Part shown: positions 41,773 to 50,933 of the stretch, in pieces | Layout: the number at the start of each line of letters is the position of its first letter | Position numbering within the stretch: the first letter of the stretch is position 1 | Program-made: the position numbers and the translations under genes | Assembly (NCBI GenBank): GCA_963727445.1 | Contig: CAVSGI010000021.1 | Span: 352,001 to 416,000 of the forward strand | Source of the DNA: an uncultured delta proteobacterium | GTDB lineage: Bacteria; Myxococcota_A; Polyangia; Polyangiales; B10-G4 | Direction of reading: 5' to 3' | DNA: 64,000 nt | The notes under the pieces: generated by a model | Told to the model about the DNA's origin: nothing | Databases searched by the model: none | Seen by the model: the letters and a program-made list of their open reading frames with translations, nothing else

Positions 41773-42993
41773 TCAGAAGAGCTCTTCGCAGGCGTAGGAG
41801 GCGGTGACGGTGTGCGTGCCGCCGTCGGTCAAGGTGTCGCAGGGCGCCCCGAAGAGCTCGAAGACCGTGTTGTCGGCGTTGGTGTAGGCCCAACCGTCGG
41901 TCATCGAGTCGGTGTGCATCACCTCGGTCCCGTCGAGCAGGATGCGGACGCGGCGCGGATTCTCCGGGGCGACGTCCATGTGGAAGCTGCACCCCACGAA
42001 GCCCGAGGCGATCGAGCTGAGCGCGGACTCGAGCGCGGTCTCGTCGCCCGCTTCGTAGTACGCCGGGTCGCTCCCGCGCGCGGTGCCGCCGCGCCGAGCC
42101 ATCTCGGACAGGACGTCGGCGAAGGCCTCGCTCCCCGGCAGGCCGATCACGTAGACGGGGATCGCGGGCGTGCCGGAGGCGGCCGCTTCGATCGCGGCGT
42201 AGGTCTCGGCGTCGTCCAGGCAGAACTGCGCGCTCATGCAACCACCGCCCCCGCCGCCGGTCGTGCAGGTGCACGAGTCCGCGGAGAGCGAGTCGTTGCA
42301 GTTGGGCGCGCCGTCGGTGGCCAACAGGATCGCCGGCGCGTGGGTCTCGTGGCCGGCGCGCGGCATCTGCAGGTAGTCGGTCACGTTGCGGATGGTGGCG
42401 GCGGTGGGCGTGGCGCCGCCCGTGCCGTCGCGGGTGAGGCGGTTCACGATGGCGTCGGCGGTGTTCGCGTCGGGATCGATGAGCACGTCGCCCGCGGTGC
42501 AGAGGTTTCGGCCTTCACCCGCGAAGCTGGCCATCCCGAAATCGATCTCCGCCTCGAGGGCGTGGGTGACGCTGTCGACCGCTGCGAGCATCGCGTCCCA
42601 CTTCGAACGACCCGTGCCCGGGATGTCGTCGTCCATGCTGAGTGAGCGATCGACGACCAGCATCAGGTCGGAGGTCTCGGCGTTGACCGAGAAGTCGAAC
42701 TCGCCGCAGCCGGTCATCACGTCCGAGTTGGTGGTGGAGTCGCCGCCGCCCGCGTCGCCAGGCGGCACCTGGCAGGCGCCGACCATGCACTCGAGGCCGG
42801 CGGCGCAGTCCGCGGTGGTCACGCACTCGGCGCCCACGCCGTCGCGCGCGCATACGCCGGAGACGCAGGTCAGACCCGAGGCGCACATCCCGTCATCGGT
42901 GCAGGCCTCGCCTTCGCCGAGAGACCCGGAGCAGTCGCAAGCGGCGACCGCAACGCAGAACACCAGCGCGACGGAGGAAATCGAATGCCGCAT
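41773..42993 (-). CDS. vWA-domain lipoprotein (CglB-like architecture)
   Basis: AACDC lipobox; Cys-rich repeats; MIDAS DRSLSM, TPT, LATDGAPNC. Confidence 0.85.
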   Translation of the reverse strand: MRHSISSVALVFCVAVAACDCSGSLGEGEACTDDGMCASGLTCVSGVCARDGVGAECVTTADCAAGLECMVGACQVPPGDAGGGDSTTNSDVMTGCGEFDFSVNAETSDLMLVVDRSLSMDDDIPGTGRSKWDAMLAAVDSVTHALEAEIDFGMASFAGEGRNLCTAGDVLIDPDANTADAIVNRLTRDGTGGATPTAATIRNVTDYLQMPRAGHETHAPAILLATDGAPNCNDSLSADSCTCTTGGGGGGCMSAQFCLDDAETYAAIEAAASGTPAIPVYVIGLPGSEAFADVLSEMARRGGTARGSDPAYYEAGDETALESALSSIASGFVGCSFHMDVAPENPRRVRILLDGTEVMHTDSMTDGWAYTNADNTVFELFGAPCDTLTDGGTHTVTASYACEELF

Positions 42994-43092
42994 GCCAAGA
43001 CCTCCCATGGCGCTGGCTCTCGGAGTCGAACGCCACCCCCATGGTGGGCAATCGCCCGCAGAAATGGAAGTGCGCTGCGCGACGCTCTTCCC

Positions 43093-43818
43093 TCAGCGCG
43101 TGCAGGCGTTGAACTCCGCCGAGCACTGCTCGCGGCACATGCGCTCCATGCTCTCGCAACGCGCCTGACACGAGGAGTCGCTGAGGCTGCACTCGCGATC
43201 GCGGCAGTAGCTGGTGGAGTCGTGGCAGACGTCGCGGCAGCGCGAGAGGCGCTCGTTGCAGCGGCGTCGTCGCGCCGCGCGGCTCGGGCCGCCGCCGCCG
43301 CGCGCGCCGGCTGGCGCCTCTTCGCCCTCGGGGCGGAGCGAGACGTTCACCTCCGAAGCGATGCCTTCGCGGATCTCCACGTCGACCTGATAGGGCACGT
43401 AGCCCTCGGCGCTGAGCTCGAGGCGGTGGGGGCCAACGGCGGGCGCGAGCTCGGCGGGGGTGGTGCCCGAGGCGTTGCCATCGATGAGGAGCGTCGCGCC
43501 CGCGGGCGTGGATTCGACGCGGAGCTTGGGGGCGAGGTCGGCGGGATCGAGGGCGACGGCCGCGTCCTCGGGTGTCATGACCGGCTCCGGTGGTCCAGCG
43601 AGGGCGTTCACCGCCGCGCCGCTCGCGCCGCCCCCGATCACGCCGCCGATGGTGCCGGCCGCGCCGCCGATCACCGCGGCCGCGACGAGGAGCCTGGTCG
43701 CGCCGGCCCAGTCCGCGACCAGCCCAGCGGTCTCTTTGGCCGCATCGAGGCCGGCCTCGGCCGTCTCGGCACGCTCGCGCTTCTTCTGCTCGGCGTCTGT
43801 CTGCGGATCGGTCGGCAT
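43093..43818 (-). CDS. PEGA-domain protein with Gly-rich TM and Cys-rich C-terminus
   Basis: ESTPAGATLLIDG...G.H.LEL; 10 Cys in the last ~55 aa. Confidence 0.75.
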   Translation of the reverse strand: MPTDPQTDAEQKKRERAETAEAGLDAAKETAGLVADWAGATRLLVAAAVIGGAAGTIGGVIGGGASGAAVNALAGPPEPVMTPEDAAVALDPADLAPKLRVESTPAGATLLIDGNASGTTPAELAPAVGPHRLELSAEGYVPYQVDVEIREGIASEVNVSLRPEGEEAPAGARGGGGPSRAARRRRCNERLSRCRDVCHDSTSYCRDRECSLSDSSCQARCESMERMCREQCSAEFNACTR

Positions 43819-43909
43819 CGGCGCGCTCCTTACGCTGGCCGGGACGACACGGCAACCGTCCTCCGGCGCGCACCCGCCGAAACCGAGAAACCGCCCAGCG
43901 TCCCCTAAA

Positions 43910-46623
43910 TTAGCGGGCGAGGATCTTCAGGTCGGCGATGTTCACGCGATCGAACGCGCCGGAGCGTCCGCCGAGGCCGGCGGTGTACTGCTCGAAGTGA
44001 GCGAAGGCGCTCATGTTCACCATGTCGTCGTCGCTGCGGATGGTGATGCGGTAGCTCTGGCCGGCGACGAGCTCCACCGGGACGAAGCTCGAGCCAGACC
44101 AGCGCGACCAGTCGCCGAGGTGGGGCATCACCACCGGGCCGTCGGCGACGATGGCCCCGGACGAGAGGTCTTCGACCACGATGCGCTTGATCCCGCAGGT
44201 GATGCCGGTGGTGACGCTGCCCGCGCCGTTGCCGAAGGTGAGCTGCAACAGATGCGCGCCGCTGCGCGTCGCCGTGTAAGAGGGAACGGTCAGGGTGTGG
44301 CCGGGGTCGCCCCATCCGTCGTAGTGGAAGCGCCCGTGGTCGGTGGAGGCGGTGCCGCCGACCGCGGTCATCGCGTCAGCGCCGATGGTGGTGATGCGCT
44401 CGTAACTCGAGCCCCAGAAGCACGTGGGCGGCGAGTGCTGTGAGTGGTTTTCGCTGCCGACGAAGGTGGTCTCGACCACCTAGCAGGGGCTCTGATCGGC
44501 GCTCGGGCTGGCTCCGGTGTCGACCCAGGTGGAGGTGCTTCCCGGCAGCGCGTCGGCGACCACCTCGCCGTCGCGGTAGATGCGGTAGGTGACGTCGGCG
44601 GCCGCCTCGCCGCGCAGGTCGAGGGCGAGCTGCGACGCCGCCGGAGACCGCGGTGAGGGAGGTGATGCGCGGGGTCTTGGGGCCGAAGACGTCGCGGTAG
44701 TCGGCGTCCGAGACCTCGGTCAGCGAGCCGGCGTCGCCGGTGCCCGTCGCCGAGCATGACGTCGATGCGCGTCTCGCTCGGGAGCATCGCGTCGCCGATG
44801 TCGCCGTCCGCGGGGCCGGCGGCGCCGTCCACCGTGATCGAATCGACGGCGAGGCGCCGGTGCCTGCGTCCTCGGGCAGGTGCAGGACGACGGTCACGGT
44901 GCGTCCGCGGTAGGGGAAGTCGTTCAGGACCAGCGCGTCCGTGCCGGCGAAGAGGCCGGTCGCGCATGGCGGCGGTCACGAAGGGGGCGACGCGAAGGCC
45001 GTCGCCCGTCGCTTCGAGGCCGAAGAGGGTGTGGTGGACCATGGAGAGGTAGCCCGCGACCGACCAGAGCTGCCGCTGCGAGTTCACCACCGGGCCGCTC
45101 GTCGAGCCCTCGTCCACCCAGGGCGCGCCCGAGCCCGCCTCGAAGTTCTCCATGTTGGAGAGGTTGAGCGCCGCGCCGCGCATGAGCGCGTTCACCATGC
45201 GCTCGGCGACCGCGCCGTTGTTCGCGACCTTGGCAGCGCGCAGCCAGTAGGCGTTCACGAAGGGCCACTCGCCGCGGTTGTGATAGATGGGCGTGTCCTG
45301 CTGCTCGGGGAAGACGACCACCGCGCCCGGGCCGTAGTGGGGGTAGCGCGAGAGGACCTCGGCCGCTTGCGCGTCGGTGGCGACGCCGAAGATCACCGCG
45401 AAGGCCGAGGCGAGGAGATCGAAGCGGCGCACCGGCGCCGGGATCGAGGGTGGTGGTCACGAAGGTGGAGAAGAGGCCCTCGTCCGCGAGCCAGAAGCGC
45501 GTCGGAGATGGCGGCGCGCAAGCGCGTCCGCCCAGCCGCGGTAGCGATCGCGCGGCGTCGGTGTCGCCCGCCTCGTCGGCGAGGTCCGCGGCGATCTCCA
45601 TCGCGCGCAGGTGCAGGAGGTTCGTGCCCAGCGCCTTGCTCATCCCGATGTGCACCACGTCGTCGGCGGTCCATTCGGGATAGGTCTGCTCGCGCCAGTC
45701 GAGGAAGGACTGCTCGCCATGGTAGAGGCCGTCCGCGTCGTCGTAGACGATCTCGCCGGTCGTGCTCGAGGGTGTTCCGGATCGCCGACATAGGCGCGGT
45801 CCCGGAAGTCGTCGCGTGCGCTCCCGTCGAGGTAGGCGAGGGTGGCCGCGGCGCCGAGCGCCCAGGAGACGCGATCGCTGCTCACGGGGTAGCTCCCGCC
45901 GGTGCCGGTGTCCTGAACGATCTGGAGGTTCCCGCCGCCGCGGCGCTCGCTCAGCTTGAAGGAGAGCGAGCTCGCGGCGCGCGCCGGGTCCATCGCCGAC
46001 AGGCCCAGGTCCATCGCGTAGGCGGTGTCCCGCGTCCAGACGTAGTGCCAGAGGCGCCCCGTCTCGAAGCAGCCGCCCGCGTCGCACGAGACGGCGGCGC
46101 CGTCGTTGAAGGCGTAGTCGCGGATCGAGCTCACGCTGTTGTCGCGCGCCTCGGAGAGGGCGAGGGCGTGGAGCGCGTCGAACATGGTGTTGCCGGTGCG
46201 CGTCGTCGGCCAGCCGTCTTCTTCGACGACGGTGCGCGGGTTTTCGGGCTCGCCGTCGCGGAGCGCGGCCGTGCTGCCCAGCGTGTAGGTGCGACGGCAG
46301 GCCGCGGGATCGTCGATGCTCGCGGTCGCGGTGCCGAGCGCGCCGACGAGCTGGTCGGTGCCGGTCGGGTCGGCGCCGTCCGGGGACACGCAGTGCGCGG
46401 GGAGCGAGCCTCCATCGGGGAGCGAGCTGTCGGCGGCGCCGTCGGGGGGCGCGCCGTCGGGGGGCGCGCCGTCCACGCTCCCGTCGGCGGCGCCATCGGG
46501 GGACGTCATGGAGGAGTCGTCGCCGCAGCCGGAGGTGAGGAAGGGCAGGAGGGGCAGGAAGGGCAGGAAGGGCAGGAGGAAGAAGCTCCCGAGGAGCGCC
46601 GCGCCGCCGCGACCCTCAACCAC
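43910..46623 (-). CDS. Lipoprotein six-hairpin glycoside hydrolase (amylo-alpha-1,6-glucosidase-like) with C-terminal CBM-like domain, several frameshifts
   Basis: TSGC lipobox; WHYVWTRDTAYA, GEQSFLDWREQTYP, YHNRGEWPFV, VVNSQRQLWS in successive frames. Confidence 0.72.
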
Positions 46624-48991
46624 CGGTGCGCCCCGTGAAGATCGCCGTGCCGCCCGCCTCGAGGGTGAGGAGGATCCGGGTGCCGGAGAGGGTCGCAGTG
46701 CCACTGCCGGCGATCGCTTCGAGGGAGGTGACGCTTCCGAGCATCGTCCCGGTGAGCCCATCGATCGCTTGGCTGCTCACCGCGGCGCCGCGGTTGACGG
46801 CGACCACCGCGAGCTCGCCCGGGTCGTCGTGGGCATAGGCGTACACGTAGAGGGTGTCGCTGACGAAGAGCGGGACGCGCCGTCCGCGGCGCAAAGCCGC
46901 AGAGCTCGCCCGCGCCTGGCCGAGCTCCCTCAGATCGTCGGCGAAGGCGGCGCGCTCGGAGGACAGGGTGGTCTCGCCCATCGCCACTGAGGCGAGGGAA
47001 TCGGTCCACACCATGTCGCGGCGATTGTCGGGGTCGTTGCCGCCGGCCATGGCGACCTCGTCGCCGTAGTAGAGGAAGGGGATCCCGGGCAGGGTGTAGA
47101 GGACGGTGAAGGCGCGGCGCAGGCGGCCCATCACCGCGGGGTCGGTGGGCGCGCCCGGGAGCGAGGTGCACGGCGCTCCGTCGGCCCAGCGACAACCCTG
47201 CGAGGGGTCGAAGCCGGCGCGCGACGCCATGCGGTTGGTGTCGTGGGTGCCGAGGAAGCGGACGTGCAGGCCGCCCGGGGAATAGCGCGTCTCGAAATCG
47301 GTGACGACGTTCTCGACGTCGCCGTAGGCCATGCGGTCGGTGACCAGGCCGTCCTGCAGGCGATGGTGCGTCGGGAAGTCGAACTGGCCGTCGAGGGCGT
47401 TTTCGCCCACGTAGGCGTCGATCCAGGCGTAGCCATCCGGGTAGGTCTCTCCGCAGCCGTAGTCCGCGGAATCCCATTGGCCGACCGCGGTCTCGCCCAC
47501 GAGGTAGAGGCGCTCGCCGCCCTGCCCGAAGCGCTCCGTGAGCTCCGCGCGCAGGTTGTAGATCGAGTTGGTCTCGACGTGCTTGACCGCGTCGATGCGG
47601 AAGCCGTCGACGCCGAACTCGTCGACCCAGAAGACGGCGTCGTCGATGAACTGCGCTTCGGCCTCGGGGACGCGCCAGTTGATGTCGGGCAGGTAGCTCG
47701 CGAAGAGGCAATCGAGGGGGCGCTCGCTCCAGCCGCAGCCGGGGTCGATGCCGCAGACGCAGCCGGTGCGGAACCACTCGGGGTTCGAAGCGTAGTACTC
47801 GTGCTGCTCGTGGACCTGGTTGTTGATGAGGTCGAGGAGCACGCGGATGCCGCGGCTGTGCGCCTCTTCGACGAAGGCGTGGAGGGCCTCGTTGCCACCG
47901 AAGCGGGGCTCGACCTCGCGTCCGCGGATGGGCCAGTAGCCGTGGTAGCCGGCGAAGCGGTGGTCGCCGTCGCGACCCTGGAAGTCGCCCTCGGCCTGCT
48001 GATTGAGCGGGCTGAGCCAGATGGCGTTGATGCCGAGCTCTTCGAAGTAGCCGCTCTGCATCACCTGAAGAGCGCCCCAGAGGTCGCCGCCGTGGAAGTC
48101 CGCCGGATACTCGACAGGTGAGCCCACGGCGCGATCGATGTCGCGGTTCCCGTTTGCGAAGCGGTCGACGACGATCATGTACATGGTGGCGTCGCGCCAT
48201 TCGAAGGGCGATTCCTCGAGCCAGAAGGGAAGGTCCACGGGCTTGGCGTCACGATCCATCGCGTCGGTCGCGTCGACGCTCAGCACGTGGCGGCCCGGTG
48301 TCAGGCCGCTCAGCGTGACGTCGAAGGCGGTCGCGTCCGTGTCGAGGGTGGTGGCGGCGGCCGGGAGGCGTGCGCCGTCGAGGTCGAAGGCGACGGATGT
48401 GATCTCCGCGCCGTCCGACGCCGACAGGAGGTTGACGCGGGTCGTCGCGCTCGCCGTGGCGAAGTCCGTGTGGATTTGGCTGCCGACGATCTCCGGACCG
48501 GCGTCGCAGGCGGGCATCCGAAGCGCGCTGTTGAGGCAGTCGCCATCGTACTTCCGGTGCGTCCCGTTCGGATCGAGGATCGAATCGGTGCCGTCGATGA
48601 TGAGCTTGTAGGCGTAGAGGGCCCCGGGGGTGAGGCGATCGCTCGGCTCGAGGGTCACCTCGAAGGTGCCGTCGCCGTCTGCGTCGAGCATTTCGATCGG
48701 CGCGTCGGCCCAGTCGGTGAACTCACCGGCGAGCTGCACTCGGCTCGCGCCGACCGGCGGGGCGTAGCTCAGGGTCAGGGCGCAGGAGCGTGGAGGGGCC
48801 GCGAGCGGCGGGATGGCCGCGTCGACGGTGCCGGAGTCCCCCGCATCGGAGGCGTCGGGCGCGGCGCTGTCGGGCAGGGTCCCGTCGCTTGTCGCGTCGC
48901 TGCCGCCGTCTTCGGGGGCGCCATGGTCCGTGCAAGCGCCGCAAAAAAGCGGAAAAAGCACGCTAAGGAGCGGAACTAACCTCTGAGTCAC
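46616..48991 (-). CDS. GH13 alpha-amylase-family lipoprotein with CBM48-like domain
   Basis: GAC lipobox; LAGEFTDW; DRFANG, YHGYW, GFRIDAVKH, VGE, GTHD catalytic motifs. Confidence 0.92.
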   Translation of the reverse strand: MTQRLVPLLSVLFPLFCGACTDHGAPEDGGSDATSDGTLPDSAAPDASDAGDSGTVDAAIPPLAAPPRSCALTLSYAPPVGASRVQLAGEFTDWADAPIEMLDADGDGTFEVTLEPSDRLTPGALYAYKLIIDGTDSILDPNGTHRKYDGDCLNSALRMPACDAGPEIVGSQIHTDFATASATTRVNLLSASDGAEITSVAFDLDGARLPAAATTLDTDATAFDVTLSGLTPGRHVLSVDATDAMDRDAKPVDLPFWLEESPFEWRDATMYMIVVDRFANGNRDIDRAVGSPVEYPADFHGGDLWGALQVMQSGYFEELGINAIWLSPLNQQAEGDFQGRDGDHRFAGYHGYWPIRGREVEPRFGGNEALHAFVEEAHSRGIRVLLDLINNQVHEQHEYYASNPEWFRTGCVCGIDPGCGWSERPLDCLFASYLPDINWRVPEAEAQFIDDAVFWVDEFGVDGFRIDAVKHVETNSIYNLRAELTERFGQGGERLYLVGETAVGQWDSADYGCGETYPDGYAWIDAYVGENALDGQFDFPTHHRLQDGLVTDRMAYGDVENVVTDFETRYSPGGLHVRFLGTHDTNRMASRAGFDPSQGCRWADGAPCTSLPGAPTDPAVMGRLRRAFTVLYTLPGIPFLYYGDEVAMAGGNDPDNRRDMVWTDSLASVAMGETTLSSERAAFADDLRELGQARASSAALRRGRRVPLFVSDTLYVYAYAHDDPGELAVVAVNRGAAVSSQAIDGLTGTMLGSVTSLEAIAGSGTATLSGTRILLTLEAGGTAIFTGRTGG

Positions 48992-49184
48992 GGATCCTCC
49001 CGGCGGGGAACGTGGCCGATCGGGGACCCGGGCGCAAGGCAGTGCCGGATGGGGGCGGGACAAAGGTGGGCTGGGGGCTTCGGGACCAGGGTGCACGGCC
49101 CCTCGACCTTGAACCACCGCGCGCCGGAAAGCCCGCCGACTCCGCCGACTTGCGAGCCCTGGGTCATTGGATGACGATCGACGC

Positions 49185-50933
49185 ATGTCCGCGAATCTCA
49201 TCGCCCTCCAGAATCGCTTTCTCGGCCGGGGCGAGACCGTCTATGACCGCCTGGCGAGGCTCCGCGAGCAGAAAGGGGCCCTGGCCGACGAGGATCTCCT
49301 GGCCCTGGCCCGGGAGCTGAGCCTGCCGCCGGCCCACGTCCGGACCGTCGCGAAGTTCTACGACGAGCTGAAAGAGAGCGCGCCCGCGGCCGTGCACCTG
49401 AGGATCTGCAACGGGGAGGCGTGCGAGGTGGCGGGAGCGGACGGCTGCCGGGAGCGCGTCGCGGCCGCCGAGCTCGGCGACGACGTCGCGGTGGGCTACG
49501 TCACCTGCGTGGGGTACTGCGGGAGCGGGCCGAATGCGCTGGTGCAGATCGGCCACGCCGAAGCGGTGGTGTCGCTGCGCGGCGACGGGCTGGACGCGGT
49601 GGTGGCGGCGGTGAAGAAGGGGGCGCTGCCCGCCCTCGAGGAGCCGGACAACGCGCTCTACGATCCGCCCGAGGGCAAGAACGTGCTCATGCGCACCATG
49701 CGCGCCGAGCCGGGGCTCGAAGGCGCGAAGGCGGTGGGCGCCTATCGCGCGCTGGAGAAGGCGCGCGCGATGGATCCGGAGGCGGTGATCGCCGAGGTGA
49801 AGGCGTCGAAGATCCGCGGGCGCGGCGGCGCGGGATTTCCGGCGGGGATCAAGCTGTCGTCGGTGCGCGGCGCGCCCTCGAAGATGGACCGGGTCGTGGT
49901 GCTGAACGCCGACGAGGGGGACGCGGGCGCGTACATCGACAAGGAGCTGATGGAGCGGGCGCCCCACACGGTGATCGAGGGGATCGCCATCGCGGCCCAC
50001 GCCGTGGGAGCGAAGGAGGCGATCGTCTATCTGCGCGGCGAGTATCCGACCTGTCATCGCGTCTGGATCGAGGCGGTGAAGGAGGCGGAGACCGCCGCGC
50101 TCCTGGGCGAGCTCGAGATCCGGACGGTGCGCGGGCATGGCGCGTACATCTGCGGCGAGGAGACGAGCCTGCTCCGGAGCCTCGAGGGCGTGCCGGCGCA
50201 GGTGTCGCCGAAGCCGCCCTATCCGGCGGTGGAGGGGCTGCGCGGCGCGCCGACGCTGGTGAACAACGTGGAGACGCTCGCGGCGTTCCCCTTCATCGTG
50301 AACGAAGGTGGCGCTGCTTACGCGGCGCTCGGACGCGGGGAGAGCCGCGGCACCAAGCTGGTCAGCCTGAACACGGCGGTGGAGAAACCGGGGCTCTACG
50401 AGATCGAGCTCGGCACCACGCTGCGCACGCTGCTCTTCGAGATGGCGGGGGGGATGGCCGACGGCAAGAAGTTCAAGGCGGTGCAGATCGGCGGGCCCCT
50501 CGGCGGCATCTTCGGCGAGCAGCATCTCGACGTGCCCATGACCATCGAGGACCTCGCGGCGGCGGGCGGCATGCTGGGTCACGCGGGGGTGGTGGTGTAC
50601 GGCGACGACGTCGACCTGGTGAAGATCGGGCGCGGGCTGATGAAGTTCTGCGCGGTGGAGAGCTGCGGCAAGTGCTTCCCGTGCCGCATCGGGTCGGTGC
50701 GCGGGACCGAGCTCTTCGACAAGATCCTCGCCGGGGAGGGGAGCCAGGCGGACATCGATCTGCTCGCGGAGCTCGACGAGACGATGCGGTTGGGGTCGCT
50801 CTGTGCCCTCGGCGGCGCGATCCCGATGCCCATCGACAACCTGCTAGCCTGGTTCATGGACGACTTCGCGAAGTACGTCCCAGGAGCGAAGACTCCCGCC
50901 ATGGTCGCGGCGCGGTACGAGGTGAATCGATGA
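49185..50933 (+). CDS. NAD-dependent formate dehydrogenase diaphorase subunit (NuoE-NuoF / FdsG-FdsB fusion)
   Basis: CNGEAC/CVGYC [2Fe-2S]; RGRGGAGFP, NADEGD, YICGEETSL, ESCGKCFPCRIG. Confidence 0.9.
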   Translation: MSANLIALQNRFLGRGETVYDRLARLREQKGALADEDLLALARELSLPPAHVRTVAKFYDELKESAPAAVHLRICNGEACEVAGADGCRERVAAAELGDDVAVGYVTCVGYCGSGPNALVQIGHAEAVVSLRGDGLDAVVAAVKKGALPALEEPDNALYDPPEGKNVLMRTMRAEPGLEGAKAVGAYRALEKARAMDPEAVIAEVKASKIRGRGGAGFPAGIKLSSVRGAPSKMDRVVVLNADEGDAGAYIDKELMERAPHTVIEGIAIAAHAVGAKEAIVYLRGEYPTCHRVWIEAVKEAETAALLGELEIRTVRGHGAYICGEETSLLRSLEGVPAQVSPKPPYPAVEGLRGAPTLVNNVETLAAFPFIVNEGGAAYAALGRGESRGTKLVSLNTAVEKPGLYEIELGTTLRTLLFEMAGGMADGKKFKAVQIGGPLGGIFGEQHLDVPMTIEDLAAAGGMLGHAGVVVYGDDVDLVKIGRGLMKFCAVESCGKCFPCRIGSVRGTELFDKILAGEGSQADIDLLAELDETMRLGSLCALGGAIPMPIDNLLAWFMDDFAKYVPGAKTPAMVAARYEVNR

